A DNA stretch of 64,000 bases, taken from contig JAKBBK010000010.1 in assembly GCA_021808525.1 (NCBI GenBank), positions 1,317-65,316 of the forward strand. Direction: 5' to 3'. The stretch comes from Pseudomonadota bacterium. Lineage in GTDB: Bacteria > Pseudomonadota > Gammaproteobacteria > Burkholderiales > Burkholderiaceae_C. Position numbers and translations under genes: made by a program. Of the stretch, positions 30,623-38,995 are shown piece after piece (the stretch's first letter is position 1; each line of letters begins with the position of its first letter). The notes under the pieces are model-generated. The model made no database searches. It was not told the DNA's origin and saw nothing but the letters and a program-made list of their open reading frames with translations.

Positions 30623-31426
30623 TCAGGCCTCGGCCTGCGGCGGATCCAGGAAGCCTCCGGCGCGCCAGGTCAGCACCAGGGTGTCGCGGCAGCCGCCGCA
30701 GCCCTCGCGCTCGGGCAGGATGGGCGTGGTCTCGTGGATCACCCGCGTGTCGTCCATGAGCAGGGCGCTCCACGGCTGGTCCAGCGTGAAGCGCACGCCA
30801 CGCGCGCCCTGCAGCTCGAACACGCGGCTTTCCCCGCCACGGATGCCGCGGCGCTGCGCCAGCAGCACGGCCACGAAGTCCACGCCATCGCGATGCGCGC
30901 CTTCGGGAGTGGGCCTGCCGATGCCGTCGGCGGTGTCGATGCGGAACTGGTGCGCCTCGACGAACCAGCGCGGCTGGGGGCGCAGCTGCCCGAACACCTC
31001 GCCCAGCGAGCCGAGCAACATGCCCCAGCAAGGCATCGCGCACAGGCGCCCATCCAGGGGCTCCAGCCAGCGCACCAGCCCGCCATGCAGGGCGTTGTAG
31101 GTCAGCGGCTGGTAATGCGCGCGATGCGCGACCTGGCGCAGCGCGGGGGCGGCGCCACCCATTTCATGCAGGAAACTGCCGTGGCGCCGCCGACGGTAGC
31201 GCCCGCCGTCCTTCAGGTAGGGGTCGGCCGGGAGTTCATCCCACAGCGGCAGGGCCGCCGCGCAGTCGGCCAGGGAACAGCCGCAGAGCTCGCCCAGCTG
31301 GGTGGGCTGCAACAGCGCGAAGCCCTGCTCGCGCAGGCGCAGCAGCAGCGCATCGCGCAGGTCGCGGCCCGGAGCGCCGGCGCGCGCGGCGCTGGCGAAG
31401 CCCGGACCCAGGTCGAAATCGAGCAT
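30623..31426 (-). CDS. 2OG-Fe(II) dioxygenase family protein
   Basis: DPYLKDGGRYRRRR, EAHQFRI, PTPEGAHRDG (HxD), VIHETTP (distal His), RDTLV (2OG-binding Arg). Confidence 0.8.
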   Translation of the reverse strand: MLDFDLGPGFASAARAGAPGRDLRDALLLRLREQGFALLQPTQLGELCGCSLADCAAALPLWDELPADPYLKDGGRYRRRRHGSFLHEMGGAAPALRQVAHRAHYQPLTYNALHGGLVRWLEPLDGRLCAMPCWGMLLGSLGEVFGQLRPQPRWFVEAHQFRIDTADGIGRPTPEGAHRDGVDFVAVLLAQRRGIRGGESRVFELQGARGVRFTLDQPWSALLMDDTRVIHETTPILPEREGCGGCRDTLVLTWRAGGFLDPPQAEA

Positions 31427-31442
31427 GGTCGGCCCCTGGGGT

Positions 31443-33215
31443 TCAGCGCCCGTCGCGCAGCCCGGTGGTGCGATTGAACACCAGGCGGCCCGCCGTATGG
31501 TCGCGCAGGTCGGCCACGAAATAGCCGTGGCGCTCGAACTGGAAGGAGCTTCCCGGCGCCGCGGCACCCAGCGAGGGCTCCACCCAGGCCTGCACCACGC
31601 GCAGGCTGTCGGGGTTCAGGGCCTGCAGGAAATCCGCCCCGCCCGCATCGGGCTGGTCGGCCAGGAACAGGCGGTCGTACAGGCGCACCTCGGCCCGCAG
31701 CGCGTCGCTGGCGCCGACCCAGCTGATCACGCCCTTGACCTTCACCGCGGCCGCGCCGGGGGTGCCGCTGCGGGTGTCGGGCACGATGCGCGCGTGCACC
31801 TCGCGCACCCGGCCGTCGGCCTCGCGCTCGGCGCCGGTGCACTCGATGACATAGCCGTACTTGAGACGCACGCGGCCTCCGGGGTACAGGCGGAAAAAGC
31901 CCTTGGGCGGCTCGAACTCGAAATCCGATCGCTCGATCCAGATCCGCGGCCCGAGATGGAAGCCGCGCTGGCCGCGCTCGGGCTGATGGGGATGCACGGG
32001 CGCCTGGCAGGTCTCCAGGCGCCCCGCGCCGATCACCTCGTCCCAGTTGTCCAGCACCAGGGGCACCGGATCGAGCACGGCCATCGCGCGCGGCGCCAGG
32101 GGATCCAGGTCGTCGCGCAACGCCCCCTCGAGCACCGAGTAGTCGATCCACGAATCGGACTTGCTCACGCCGATGCGTTCGGCGAACAGGCGCAGCGCCC
32201 CGGGCGTATAGCCGCGGCGCCGCAAGCCGGCGATGGTGGGCAGGCGCGGGTCGTCCCAGCCGGCCACGCGACCCTCCTCCACCAGTTGCGCCAGCTTGCG
32301 CTTGCTGGTCAGCACGCTGCTGAGGTTCAGTCGCGCGAATTCGTACTGCCTGGGCAGCGGGCGCTCGAGCAGCCCGAGTCGGGCCAGGTGCTCGAGCAGC
32401 CAGTCGTAGAAGGGACGCTGGTCCTCGAACTCGAGGGTGCACAGGCTGTGGGTGATGCGCTCCAGCGCATCCTCGATGGGATGCGCGAAGGTGTACATGG
32501 GGTAGATGCACCAGCTGTCGCCCGTGCGGTGGTGGTGGGCGAAGCGAATGCGGTACAGCGCCGGATCGCGCAGGTTCAGGTTCGGCGAGGCCATGTCGAT
32601 GCGCGCGCGCAGCACCATCGAGCCCTCCGCGTGGCGGCCCTCTCGCATCTCCCGGAAGCGTTGCAGGCTCTCGGCCGCCGGGCGCTCGCGCCAGGGGCTG
32701 GGCACTCCCGGCTCGGTCAGGGTGCCGCGGTTGCGCCGCATGTCCTCGGCGCTCTGCTCGTCGACGTAGGCCAGGCCCGCCTCGATGAGGGCGCAGGCGG
32801 CGCGCCACATGAATTCGAAGTAGTCGCTCGCGAAGTACTCATGGCTCACCGCGCCGCTGACCCAGTCGAAGCCCAGCCAGCGCACGGCATCGCGGATCGC
32901 GTCCACGTACTCCTGGCTCTCCTTCTCGGGGTTGGTGTCGTCCAGGCGCAGGTGGCACACGCCGCCGTAATCGGCGGCCAGACCGAAATTCAGGCAGATG
33001 CTCTTGGCGTGCCCGATGTGCAGGTAGCCATTCGGCTCGGGGGGAAAGCGCGTGCGCATGCGCGCCCCGTCCAGCGGGGCCTGGGCCAGTTCGGCCGCGT
33101 CGCCTGGACGCCCGGCGAAATGCCGGCCCTGCAGCGCCCCCGAGGCGAGATCGGCCTCGATGATCTGGCGCAGGAAGTTGGAGGCTTTGGCGGGTGCGGA
33201 TTCGGAATTCGGCAT
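31443..33215 (-). CDS. glnS: Glutamine--tRNA ligase
   Basis: RTRFPPEPNGYLHIGHAKSICLNF (HIGH), LDDTNP, LCTLEFEDQRP, LTSKRKL (MSK-like). Confidence 0.96.
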   Translation of the reverse strand: MPNSESAPAKASNFLRQIIEADLASGALQGRHFAGRPGDAAELAQAPLDGARMRTRFPPEPNGYLHIGHAKSICLNFGLAADYGGVCHLRLDDTNPEKESQEYVDAIRDAVRWLGFDWVSGAVSHEYFASDYFEFMWRAACALIEAGLAYVDEQSAEDMRRNRGTLTEPGVPSPWRERPAAESLQRFREMREGRHAEGSMVLRARIDMASPNLNLRDPALYRIRFAHHHRTGDSWCIYPMYTFAHPIEDALERITHSLCTLEFEDQRPFYDWLLEHLARLGLLERPLPRQYEFARLNLSSVLTSKRKLAQLVEEGRVAGWDDPRLPTIAGLRRRGYTPGALRLFAERIGVSKSDSWIDYSVLEGALRDDLDPLAPRAMAVLDPVPLVLDNWDEVIGAGRLETCQAPVHPHQPERGQRGFHLGPRIWIERSDFEFEPPKGFFRLYPGGRVRLKYGYVIECTGAEREADGRVREVHARIVPDTRSGTPGAAAVKVKGVISWVGASDALRAEVRLYDRLFLADQPDAGGADFLQALNPDSLRVVQAWVEPSLGAAAPGSSFQFERHGYFVADLRDHTAGRLVFNRTTGLRDGR

Positions 33216-33458
33216 GGATCGGGACGTTGCGGCTGCGCGCGCCTCGGCGGGGCGCTCATCGGGCAAAACCCTATTGTCCGCCAAGGGCGCCCCCCCACGC
33301 CAGCACCGCCTCGCCGCACGCGCCGAGGGGACTCCCGCCACGCCCCCGGGCGCCGCGTCGCGGCACCGTAGAATGGCAGCCCTTCCCGGCGCCCGGTGGT
33401 GCCGGCGGGAATACCCCTACTCATCGATGGCGCCCTCGGGCGCCGGGAGCGAAACGCT

Positions 33459-34181
33459 ATGGCCGGCCATTCCAAATGGGCCAACATCCAGCACCGCAAG
33501 GGCCGCCAGGACGAAAAGCGCGGCAAGGTCTGGACCAAGATCATTCGCGAAGTCACGGTCGCCGCCAAGCTCGGCGGCGGCGACGCCAATGCCAACCCCC
33601 GGCTGCGCCTGGCGCTGGATCGGGCGCGCGAGGCCAACATGCCGGCCGACAACCTCAAGCGCGCGATCGATCGCGGCACCGGCAACCTCGAGGGCGCCCA
33701 CTACGAGGAAATCCGCTACGAGGGCTACGGCCCCGGCGGCGTGGCGATGATCATCGACTGCATGACCGACAACCGCGTGCGCACGGTGGCCGAGGTGCGC
33801 CATGCGCTGTCCAAGTTCGGCGGCAACCTGGGCACCGAGGGTTCGGTGGCCTTCCAGTTCAAGCATTGCGGGCAATTCCTGTTCGCCCCCGGAGCCCCCG
33901 AGGACAAGGTGATGGAGGCGGCGCTCGACGGCGGCGCCGAGGACGTGAGCACCCTGGACGACGGCTCCGTGGAAGTGCTGTGCGAGCCGGCCGACTTCGG
34001 CGCCGTGTCCGCCAGCCTGCAGGCGGCGGGGCTCAAGCCGGAATACTCCGAACTGGGCATGAAGCCCAGCGTCGAGGTGGAACTGGCGGGTGCCGACGCC
34101 GAGCGCATGCACAAGCTGGTCGATGCCCTCGAGGACCTCGACGACGTGCAGCGCGTCGACCACAACGCCATCCTGCCGTGA
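33459..34181 (+). CDS. yebC: YebC/PmpR family protein
   Basis: [35 protein letters not shown]. Confidence 0.95.
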   Translation: MAGHSKWANIQHRKGRQDEKRGKVWTKIIREVTVAAKLGGGDANANPRLRLALDRAREANMPADNLKRAIDRGTGNLEGAHYEEIRYEGYGPGGVAMIIDCMTDNRVRTVAEVRHALSKFGGNLGTEGSVAFQFKHCGQFLFAPGAPEDKVMEAALDGGAEDVSTLDDGSVEVLCEPADFGAVSASLQAAGLKPEYSELGMKPSVEVELAGADAERMHKLVDALEDLDDVQRVDHNAILP

Positions 34182-34215
34182 GTCGCGGCGCAGCCTGACC
34201 CAGCCCCCACTTCCC

Positions 34216-35577
34216 ATGAAAATCCTGGTCATCGGCTCCGGCGGCCGTGAACACGCGCTGGCGTGGAAACTGGCCCACTCCCCTCGTGTGAAAAAGGTGT
34301 TCGTGGCTCCCGGCAACGGGGGCACCGCGGGCGTGCCGCACCTGGAGAACCTGGCGATCTCCGAGATCGATCGCCTGGCCGATTTCTGCGTGGCGGAGGA
34401 CGTGCACCTCACCGTCGTCGGCCCCGAGGCGCCGCTGGCGGCGGGGGTGGTGGACCATTTCCGCCAGCGCCGGCTGCGCATCTTCGGGCCCACGCGCGCC
34501 GCCGCGCAACTGGAGAGCTCCAAGGCCTACGCCAAGGAGTTCATGCAGCGCCACGGCATCCCGACGGCGCAGCACCGCACCTTCACCGACCCGGCGCAGG
34601 CCCATGCCTACATCGCCGAGCGCCAATGCGCGCTGGTGGTCAAGGCCGACGGGCTGGCCGCCGGCAAGGGCGTGGTGGTGGCCGCCAGCCCCGAGGAGGC
34701 GCATGCCGCGGTGGACGACATGCTGGAGCGCAACACCTACGGCGTGCAGCATGGCGAAGCCGGCGCGCGCGTGGTGATCGAGGATTTCCTCGAGGGCGAG
34801 GAAGCCAGCTTCATCGTGCTGGTCGACGGCACCCGCGTGCTGCCGCTGGCCTCCAGCCAGGACCACAAGCGCCTGCGCGACGGCGACCAGGGGCCGAACA
34901 CCGGGGGCATGGGCGCCTACTCGCCGGCCCCGGTGGTCACGCCCGAGGTGCACGCGCGGGTCATGCGCGAGATCATCATGCCCACCGTGCAGGGCATGGC
35001 GGCGGACGGCAACCCCTATACCGGTTTCCTCTACGCGGGCCTGATGATCGACCGCCAGGGCCACGCGCGCACGCTGGAATTCAACTGCCGCCTGGGCGAC
35101 CCGGAGACGCAGCCCATCCTCATGCGCCTGAAAAGCGACCTCGTGCAGGTGCTGGACGCCGCCATCGACGGCAAGCTCGACACCCTGGAACTGCAATGGG
35201 ACCGTCGCACCGCGCTGGCGGTGGTGATGGCCGCTCCGGGCTACCCCGAGGCCCCGCGCCTGGGCGGGGCCATCGAGGGCCTGCCTGCGCCCGCCGAGGA
35301 CCTGCAGGTGTTCCATGCGGGCACGCGCCTGGACGGCGAGGTGCTGCGCACCTCGGGCGGGCGCGTGCTGGCCGTCACCGCGCTGGGAGACTCGCTGCGC
35401 ATGGCGCAACAGCGCGCCTACAGCGGGGTGCGCCAGATCCGTTTCGAGGGCATGCAGTTCCGCCAGGACATCGGCTGGCGCGCGCTGGAGAAATCGCAGG
35501 GCCGCCCCAAGGCGGCTGCAGCCCCGAAGGGGCCGGGCCAGGCGCCCGGCGGCGCGCAGGGCGAGAGCAAGCGCTAG
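34216..35577 (+). CDS. purD: Phosphoribosylamine--glycine ligase
   Basis: MKILVIGSGGREHAL, VVKADGLAAGKGV, QDHKR, GPNTGGMGAYSP, EFNCRLGDPE. Confidence 0.97.
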   Translation: MKILVIGSGGREHALAWKLAHSPRVKKVFVAPGNGGTAGVPHLENLAISEIDRLADFCVAEDVHLTVVGPEAPLAAGVVDHFRQRRLRIFGPTRAAAQLESSKAYAKEFMQRHGIPTAQHRTFTDPAQAHAYIAERQCALVVKADGLAAGKGVVVAASPEEAHAAVDDMLERNTYGVQHGEAGARVVIEDFLEGEEASFIVLVDGTRVLPLASSQDHKRLRDGDQGPNTGGMGAYSPAPVVTPEVHARVMREIIMPTVQGMAADGNPYTGFLYAGLMIDRQGHARTLEFNCRLGDPETQPILMRLKSDLVQVLDAAIDGKLDTLELQWDRRTALAVVMAAPGYPEAPRLGGAIEGLPAPAEDLQVFHAGTRLDGEVLRTSGGRVLAVTALGDSLRMAQQRAYSGVRQIRFEGMQFRQDIGWRALEKSQGRPKAAAAPKGPGQAPGGAQGESKR

Positions 35578-35595
35578 CTCCCGGCCTGCCCGGCT

Positions 35596-36864
35596 TCAGA
35601 TCACGCCGTCGCGTCGCAGGGCCTCGATGGCCTCGGCGTCGAAGCCGAGTTCGGCGAGCACCTCCCGGTTGTGCGCGCCCAGGCCCGGGCCCAGCCAGCG
35701 CGTGGCGCCGGGGGTGCGGGTCAGGCGCGGCACCACCCCCGGAACCTGCACCGGAGTGCCGTCGGCCAGCGCATGGCCTTCGATCATGCCGCGGGCCTGG
35801 AACTGCTCGTCGGCGCAGATGTCGGCGATGCTGTAGATGCGGCTGGCCGGCACGTCGGCCTCGCGCATGGCGCGCACCACCTCGGCGGCCTCGTGGCGCC
35901 CGACCCATTGCTGGATCGCCTGGTCGATCTCGGAGGCGGCCTGGATGCGCCCGGGGTTGGTCGCCAGGTCGGCGCGCGAGGCCAGGTCCTCGCGCCCGAT
36001 GGCCTGCATCAGGCGGCGGAAGATCGCGTCCCCGTTGCCCGAGATCTGCACCCACTCGCCTCCGGCGCTGCGGTACACGTTGGACGGCACGATGCCGGCG
36101 ATGGAACTGCCGCAACGCTCGCGTACCGTGCCGCCCACGCTGTATTCCATCAAGGTGCTTTCCATGAGGTTGAACACCGACTCGGTCAGCGCCACGTCCA
36201 CCACCTGGCCCTCGCCTCCCCGGCTGCCGTCGAAACGCCCCCCGGTGGCATCGCGGTGGCGCAGCGCCATCAGCGCGCCCATGACGGCGTGCAGCGCGGC
36301 GATGGAGTCTCCCAGCGACAGGTTGGAGCGCATCGGCGGGTAGGCCGGGTCACCGGTGACGTAGCGCATGCCCCCCATGGACTCGGCGATGGCCCCGAAT
36401 CCCGGCTGGGCGCGCAGCGGCCCGGTCTGGCCGAAGCCCGAGATGCGCACCATGACCAGCGAGGGATTGACCTGGCTGAGCTGTTCCCAGCCCAGGCCGA
36501 GCTTTTCGAGCACCCCCGGGCGCATGTTCTCCACCAGCACGTCGCAGCGACGCACCAGGCGCAGCACGATGTCGCGCCCGGCCTGCGCCTTCAGGTCCAG
36601 GGTGATGCAGCGCTTGTTGCGCGCCTGCGCGGCCCACCACAGCGAGGTGCCGGCGTGCATCTGGCGCCAGCCGCGCAGCGGGTCGCCGCCGGCCTCGGCG
36701 CCGCGCGCGGGCGTCTCCACCTTGACCACGTCGGCGCCGAACTCGGCCATCAGCCGGGTGGCGAAGGGGCCGGCGATCAGGCTGCCGAGCTCGAGCACGC
36801 GCAAGCCTTGCAGCGCGCCGCCCGCGGGCGGCCGCGGGGCTTCATCGGAGGTTGGATCGGACAT
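35596..36864 (-). CDS. Family III CoA-transferase (CaiB/BaiF/Frc-like)
   Basis: LQGLRVLELGSLIAGPFA, FGADVVKVE, RNKRCITLDL, ENMRPG, ISGFGQTGP, GDSIA. Confidence 0.9.
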   Translation of the reverse strand: MSDPTSDEAPRPPAGGALQGLRVLELGSLIAGPFATRLMAEFGADVVKVETPARGAEAGGDPLRGWRQMHAGTSLWWAAQARNKRCITLDLKAQAGRDIVLRLVRRCDVLVENMRPGVLEKLGLGWEQLSQVNPSLVMVRISGFGQTGPLRAQPGFGAIAESMGGMRYVTGDPAYPPMRSNLSLGDSIAALHAVMGALMALRHRDATGGRFDGSRGGEGQVVDVALTESVFNLMESTLMEYSVGGTVRERCGSSIAGIVPSNVYRSAGGEWVQISGNGDAIFRRLMQAIGREDLASRADLATNPGRIQAASEIDQAIQQWVGRHEAAEVVRAMREADVPASRIYSIADICADEQFQARGMIEGHALADGTPVQVPGVVPRLTRTPGATRWLGPGLGAHNREVLAELGFDAEAIEALRRDGVI

Positions 36865-36893
36865 GCGCACATTGCACCACAGCCCGGGTGCAG

Positions 36894-36925
36894 AAAAAAA
36901 GCCCGGAGGCCTTCGCCCCCGGGCT
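36894..36925 (-). terminator. Rho-independent terminator after the symporter gene
   Basis: Minus strand AGCCCGG...CCGGGCT stem followed by a T run. Confidence 0.75.
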
Positions 36926-36946
36926 CGGAAAACTCGCAGCCGGCGA

Positions 36947-38488
36947 TCAGCCCACGTAGTCGGCGGCGCTGGTCGCGTCGCGATCGTTGGCCATGCCCAG
37001 CGCACGGACCACCAGCGTGGCCACGATCGCCACGACGAAATTCAGCACCAGGGCGTACAGGCCGATGTAGGCAGGAATGATCTGTCCCGCCACATGCAGC
37101 GCGAAGGCCGAGGACTTGAAGCCGCTCAGCGAGGCCGCCCAGATGCCCCAGGCCAGGCCCACGGCCCAGCCCAGAAGCAGGGCCTTCGCGTCGAACCAGC
37201 GGGTGTAGATGCCCGAGACGATGGCCGGCAGGGTCTGCAGAACCAGGATGCCGCCCAGCAGTTGCAGCTGGATGGCGTACTTCAGCGGCAGGAACACGAT
37301 GAACAGCAGGGCGCCGAACTTCACCACCAGCGACACCAGCTTGGCCATGTCGGTTTCCTTCTGCACCGAGCACTGCGGGTTGATGAAGGCCTTGTAGATG
37401 TTGCGGGTGAACAGGTTCGCGGCGGCGATGGACATGATGGCGGCGGGCACCAGCGCGCCGATGGCCACGGCGGCGAAGCCGATGCCGACGAACCACGACG
37501 GGAAGTAGTGCAGCAGCAGGCCCGGCATCGCGAACTGCGGCCCGTATTGCTTGAAGTACGGGGCCAGGTCGGGCAGCTTCTCGATGCCTCCCGCATAGGC
37601 CATGTAGCCCAGCATGGCGATCAGGCCCAGCATCAGCGAGTAGGCCGGCAGCCACACCCAGTTGCGCCGCAGGGTGTTCGGGCCCTTGGCCGCCAGCACC
37701 GCGGTGCTGGCGTGGGGGTACAGCATCAGCGCCAGCGCCGAGCCGAAGGCCAGCGTGGCGTAGAAGGACTGCATGCCCCAGTTGCCGCCCTTGACCGGCG
37801 GCAGCAGCAGATGCGCCTTCGGTACCTGCGCGAAGATGGAGCCCAGGCCGCCCAGCTTGGCGGGAATGACCACGACCATGGCGATCACGGTGATGTAGAC
37901 CAGCAGGTCCTTCACCACGGCGATCGAGGCCGGAGCACGCAGGCCGCTGGTGTAGGTGAAGGCGGCCAGGATCACGAAGGCGATGATCAGCGGCAGGTCC
38001 CCGACCAGGCCATGCCCGGCGGGAAAGCCCAGGCCGCCGATGACCACCTGGATGCCCACCAGCTGCAGCGCGATGTACGGCATGGTGGCGACGATGCCGG
38101 TGATCGCGATGGCCAGCGCCAGCGTGGGGCTGCCATAGCGCCCGGCGACGAAATCCGAGGCCGTGATGTAGTTGTGCTTGTGCGCGACCACCCACAGGCG
38201 CGGCAGGATCGCGAACACCATCGGGTACACGAGCACCGTGTAGGGCAGCGCGAAAAAGCCCAGGGCGCCGGCTCCGAACACCAGCGCCGGAACGGCCACG
38301 AAGGTGTAGGCGGTGTACAGGTCGCCGCCGATCAGGAACCAGGTGATCCAGCTGCCGAAGCGGCGGCCGCCCAGGCCCCATTCATGCAGGTGGCTCATGT
38401 CCCCCTTGCGCCAGTGCGCGGAGACGAAGCCCAGGATGGTGATCAGCAGGAACAGGAGGACGAAGACAACGGTTGCGGTGATGTTCAT
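36947..38488 (-). CDS. Sodium/proton:solute symporter, MctP-like monocarboxylate permease
   Basis: EWGLGGRRFGSWITWFLIGGDLYTAYTFVAVPA, many TM helices; paired with an upstream small DUF3311-like membrane gene as in mctP loci. Confidence 0.85.
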   Translation of the reverse strand: MNITATVVFVLLFLLITILGFVSAHWRKGDMSHLHEWGLGGRRFGSWITWFLIGGDLYTAYTFVAVPALVFGAGALGFFALPYTVLVYPMVFAILPRLWVVAHKHNYITASDFVAGRYGSPTLALAIAITGIVATMPYIALQLVGIQVVIGGLGFPAGHGLVGDLPLIIAFVILAAFTYTSGLRAPASIAVVKDLLVYITVIAMVVVIPAKLGGLGSIFAQVPKAHLLLPPVKGGNWGMQSFYATLAFGSALALMLYPHASTAVLAAKGPNTLRRNWVWLPAYSLMLGLIAMLGYMAYAGGIEKLPDLAPYFKQYGPQFAMPGLLLHYFPSWFVGIGFAAVAIGALVPAAIMSIAAANLFTRNIYKAFINPQCSVQKETDMAKLVSLVVKFGALLFIVFLPLKYAIQLQLLGGILVLQTLPAIVSGIYTRWFDAKALLLGWAVGLAWGIWAASLSGFKSSAFALHVAGQIIPAYIGLYALVLNFVVAIVATLVVRALGMANDRDATSAADYVG

Positions 38489-38492
38489 CGCC

Positions 38493-38714
38493 TCAGTCCC
38501 CGCTTCCGGAAGGCACGACCAGCTTGTAGACGATGCCGATGAACACGCTGGACAGCGGCACCCACAGCAGCTGCCACCAATAGAAGAAGGGCATTCCCAT
38601 CCATGCGGGGTCGGTCTTGTTGAACCAGGGAACGACAAGCACAGCGACGCAGGGGATCGCCAGCAGGATCACTGCCAGCGGTCCCAGCTTGCGTGCCGGG
38701 GCGCGATCGGACAT
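38493..38714 (-). CDS. Small membrane protein, DUF3311-like
   Basis: LLAIPCVAVLVVPWFNKTDPAWMGMPFFYWWQLLW; 4 bp upstream of the symporter. Confidence 0.85.
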   Translation of the reverse strand: MSDRAPARKLGPLAVILLAIPCVAVLVVPWFNKTDPAWMGMPFFYWWQLLWVPLSSVFIGIVYKLVVPSGSGD

Positions 38715-38995
38715 GTAGGAATCTCCGTAAGGTCGGGATCGAGGGACAGGGGGATCGCCGTGACCGTCGCGCGCCGCGTGGTCGACGCCGCACATGCGGG
38801 CACGTGCGGCGACTCCCCCGATGTCGCGCGGGCGGCGCAGGCCCGCATCTCGGATGCACACTCGACGAAAGCCGAATGTTTCCCGCAATGTAGTGAAGGA
38901 AGCTGCCAGTTGCTAATTCGGGGTTATCCCTAGTCCGAAAGGTGGATTCGCCCGCGGCCGCCCGCCCCTGCCGGCACCGGGCGGCGCCGACGCGA

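Noticed and set aside
36873-36892. TGCACC-N8-GGTGCA as an NtrC site
   Set aside because: Half-sites match, but NtrC requires N5 spacing; kept only as an unassigned palindrome.
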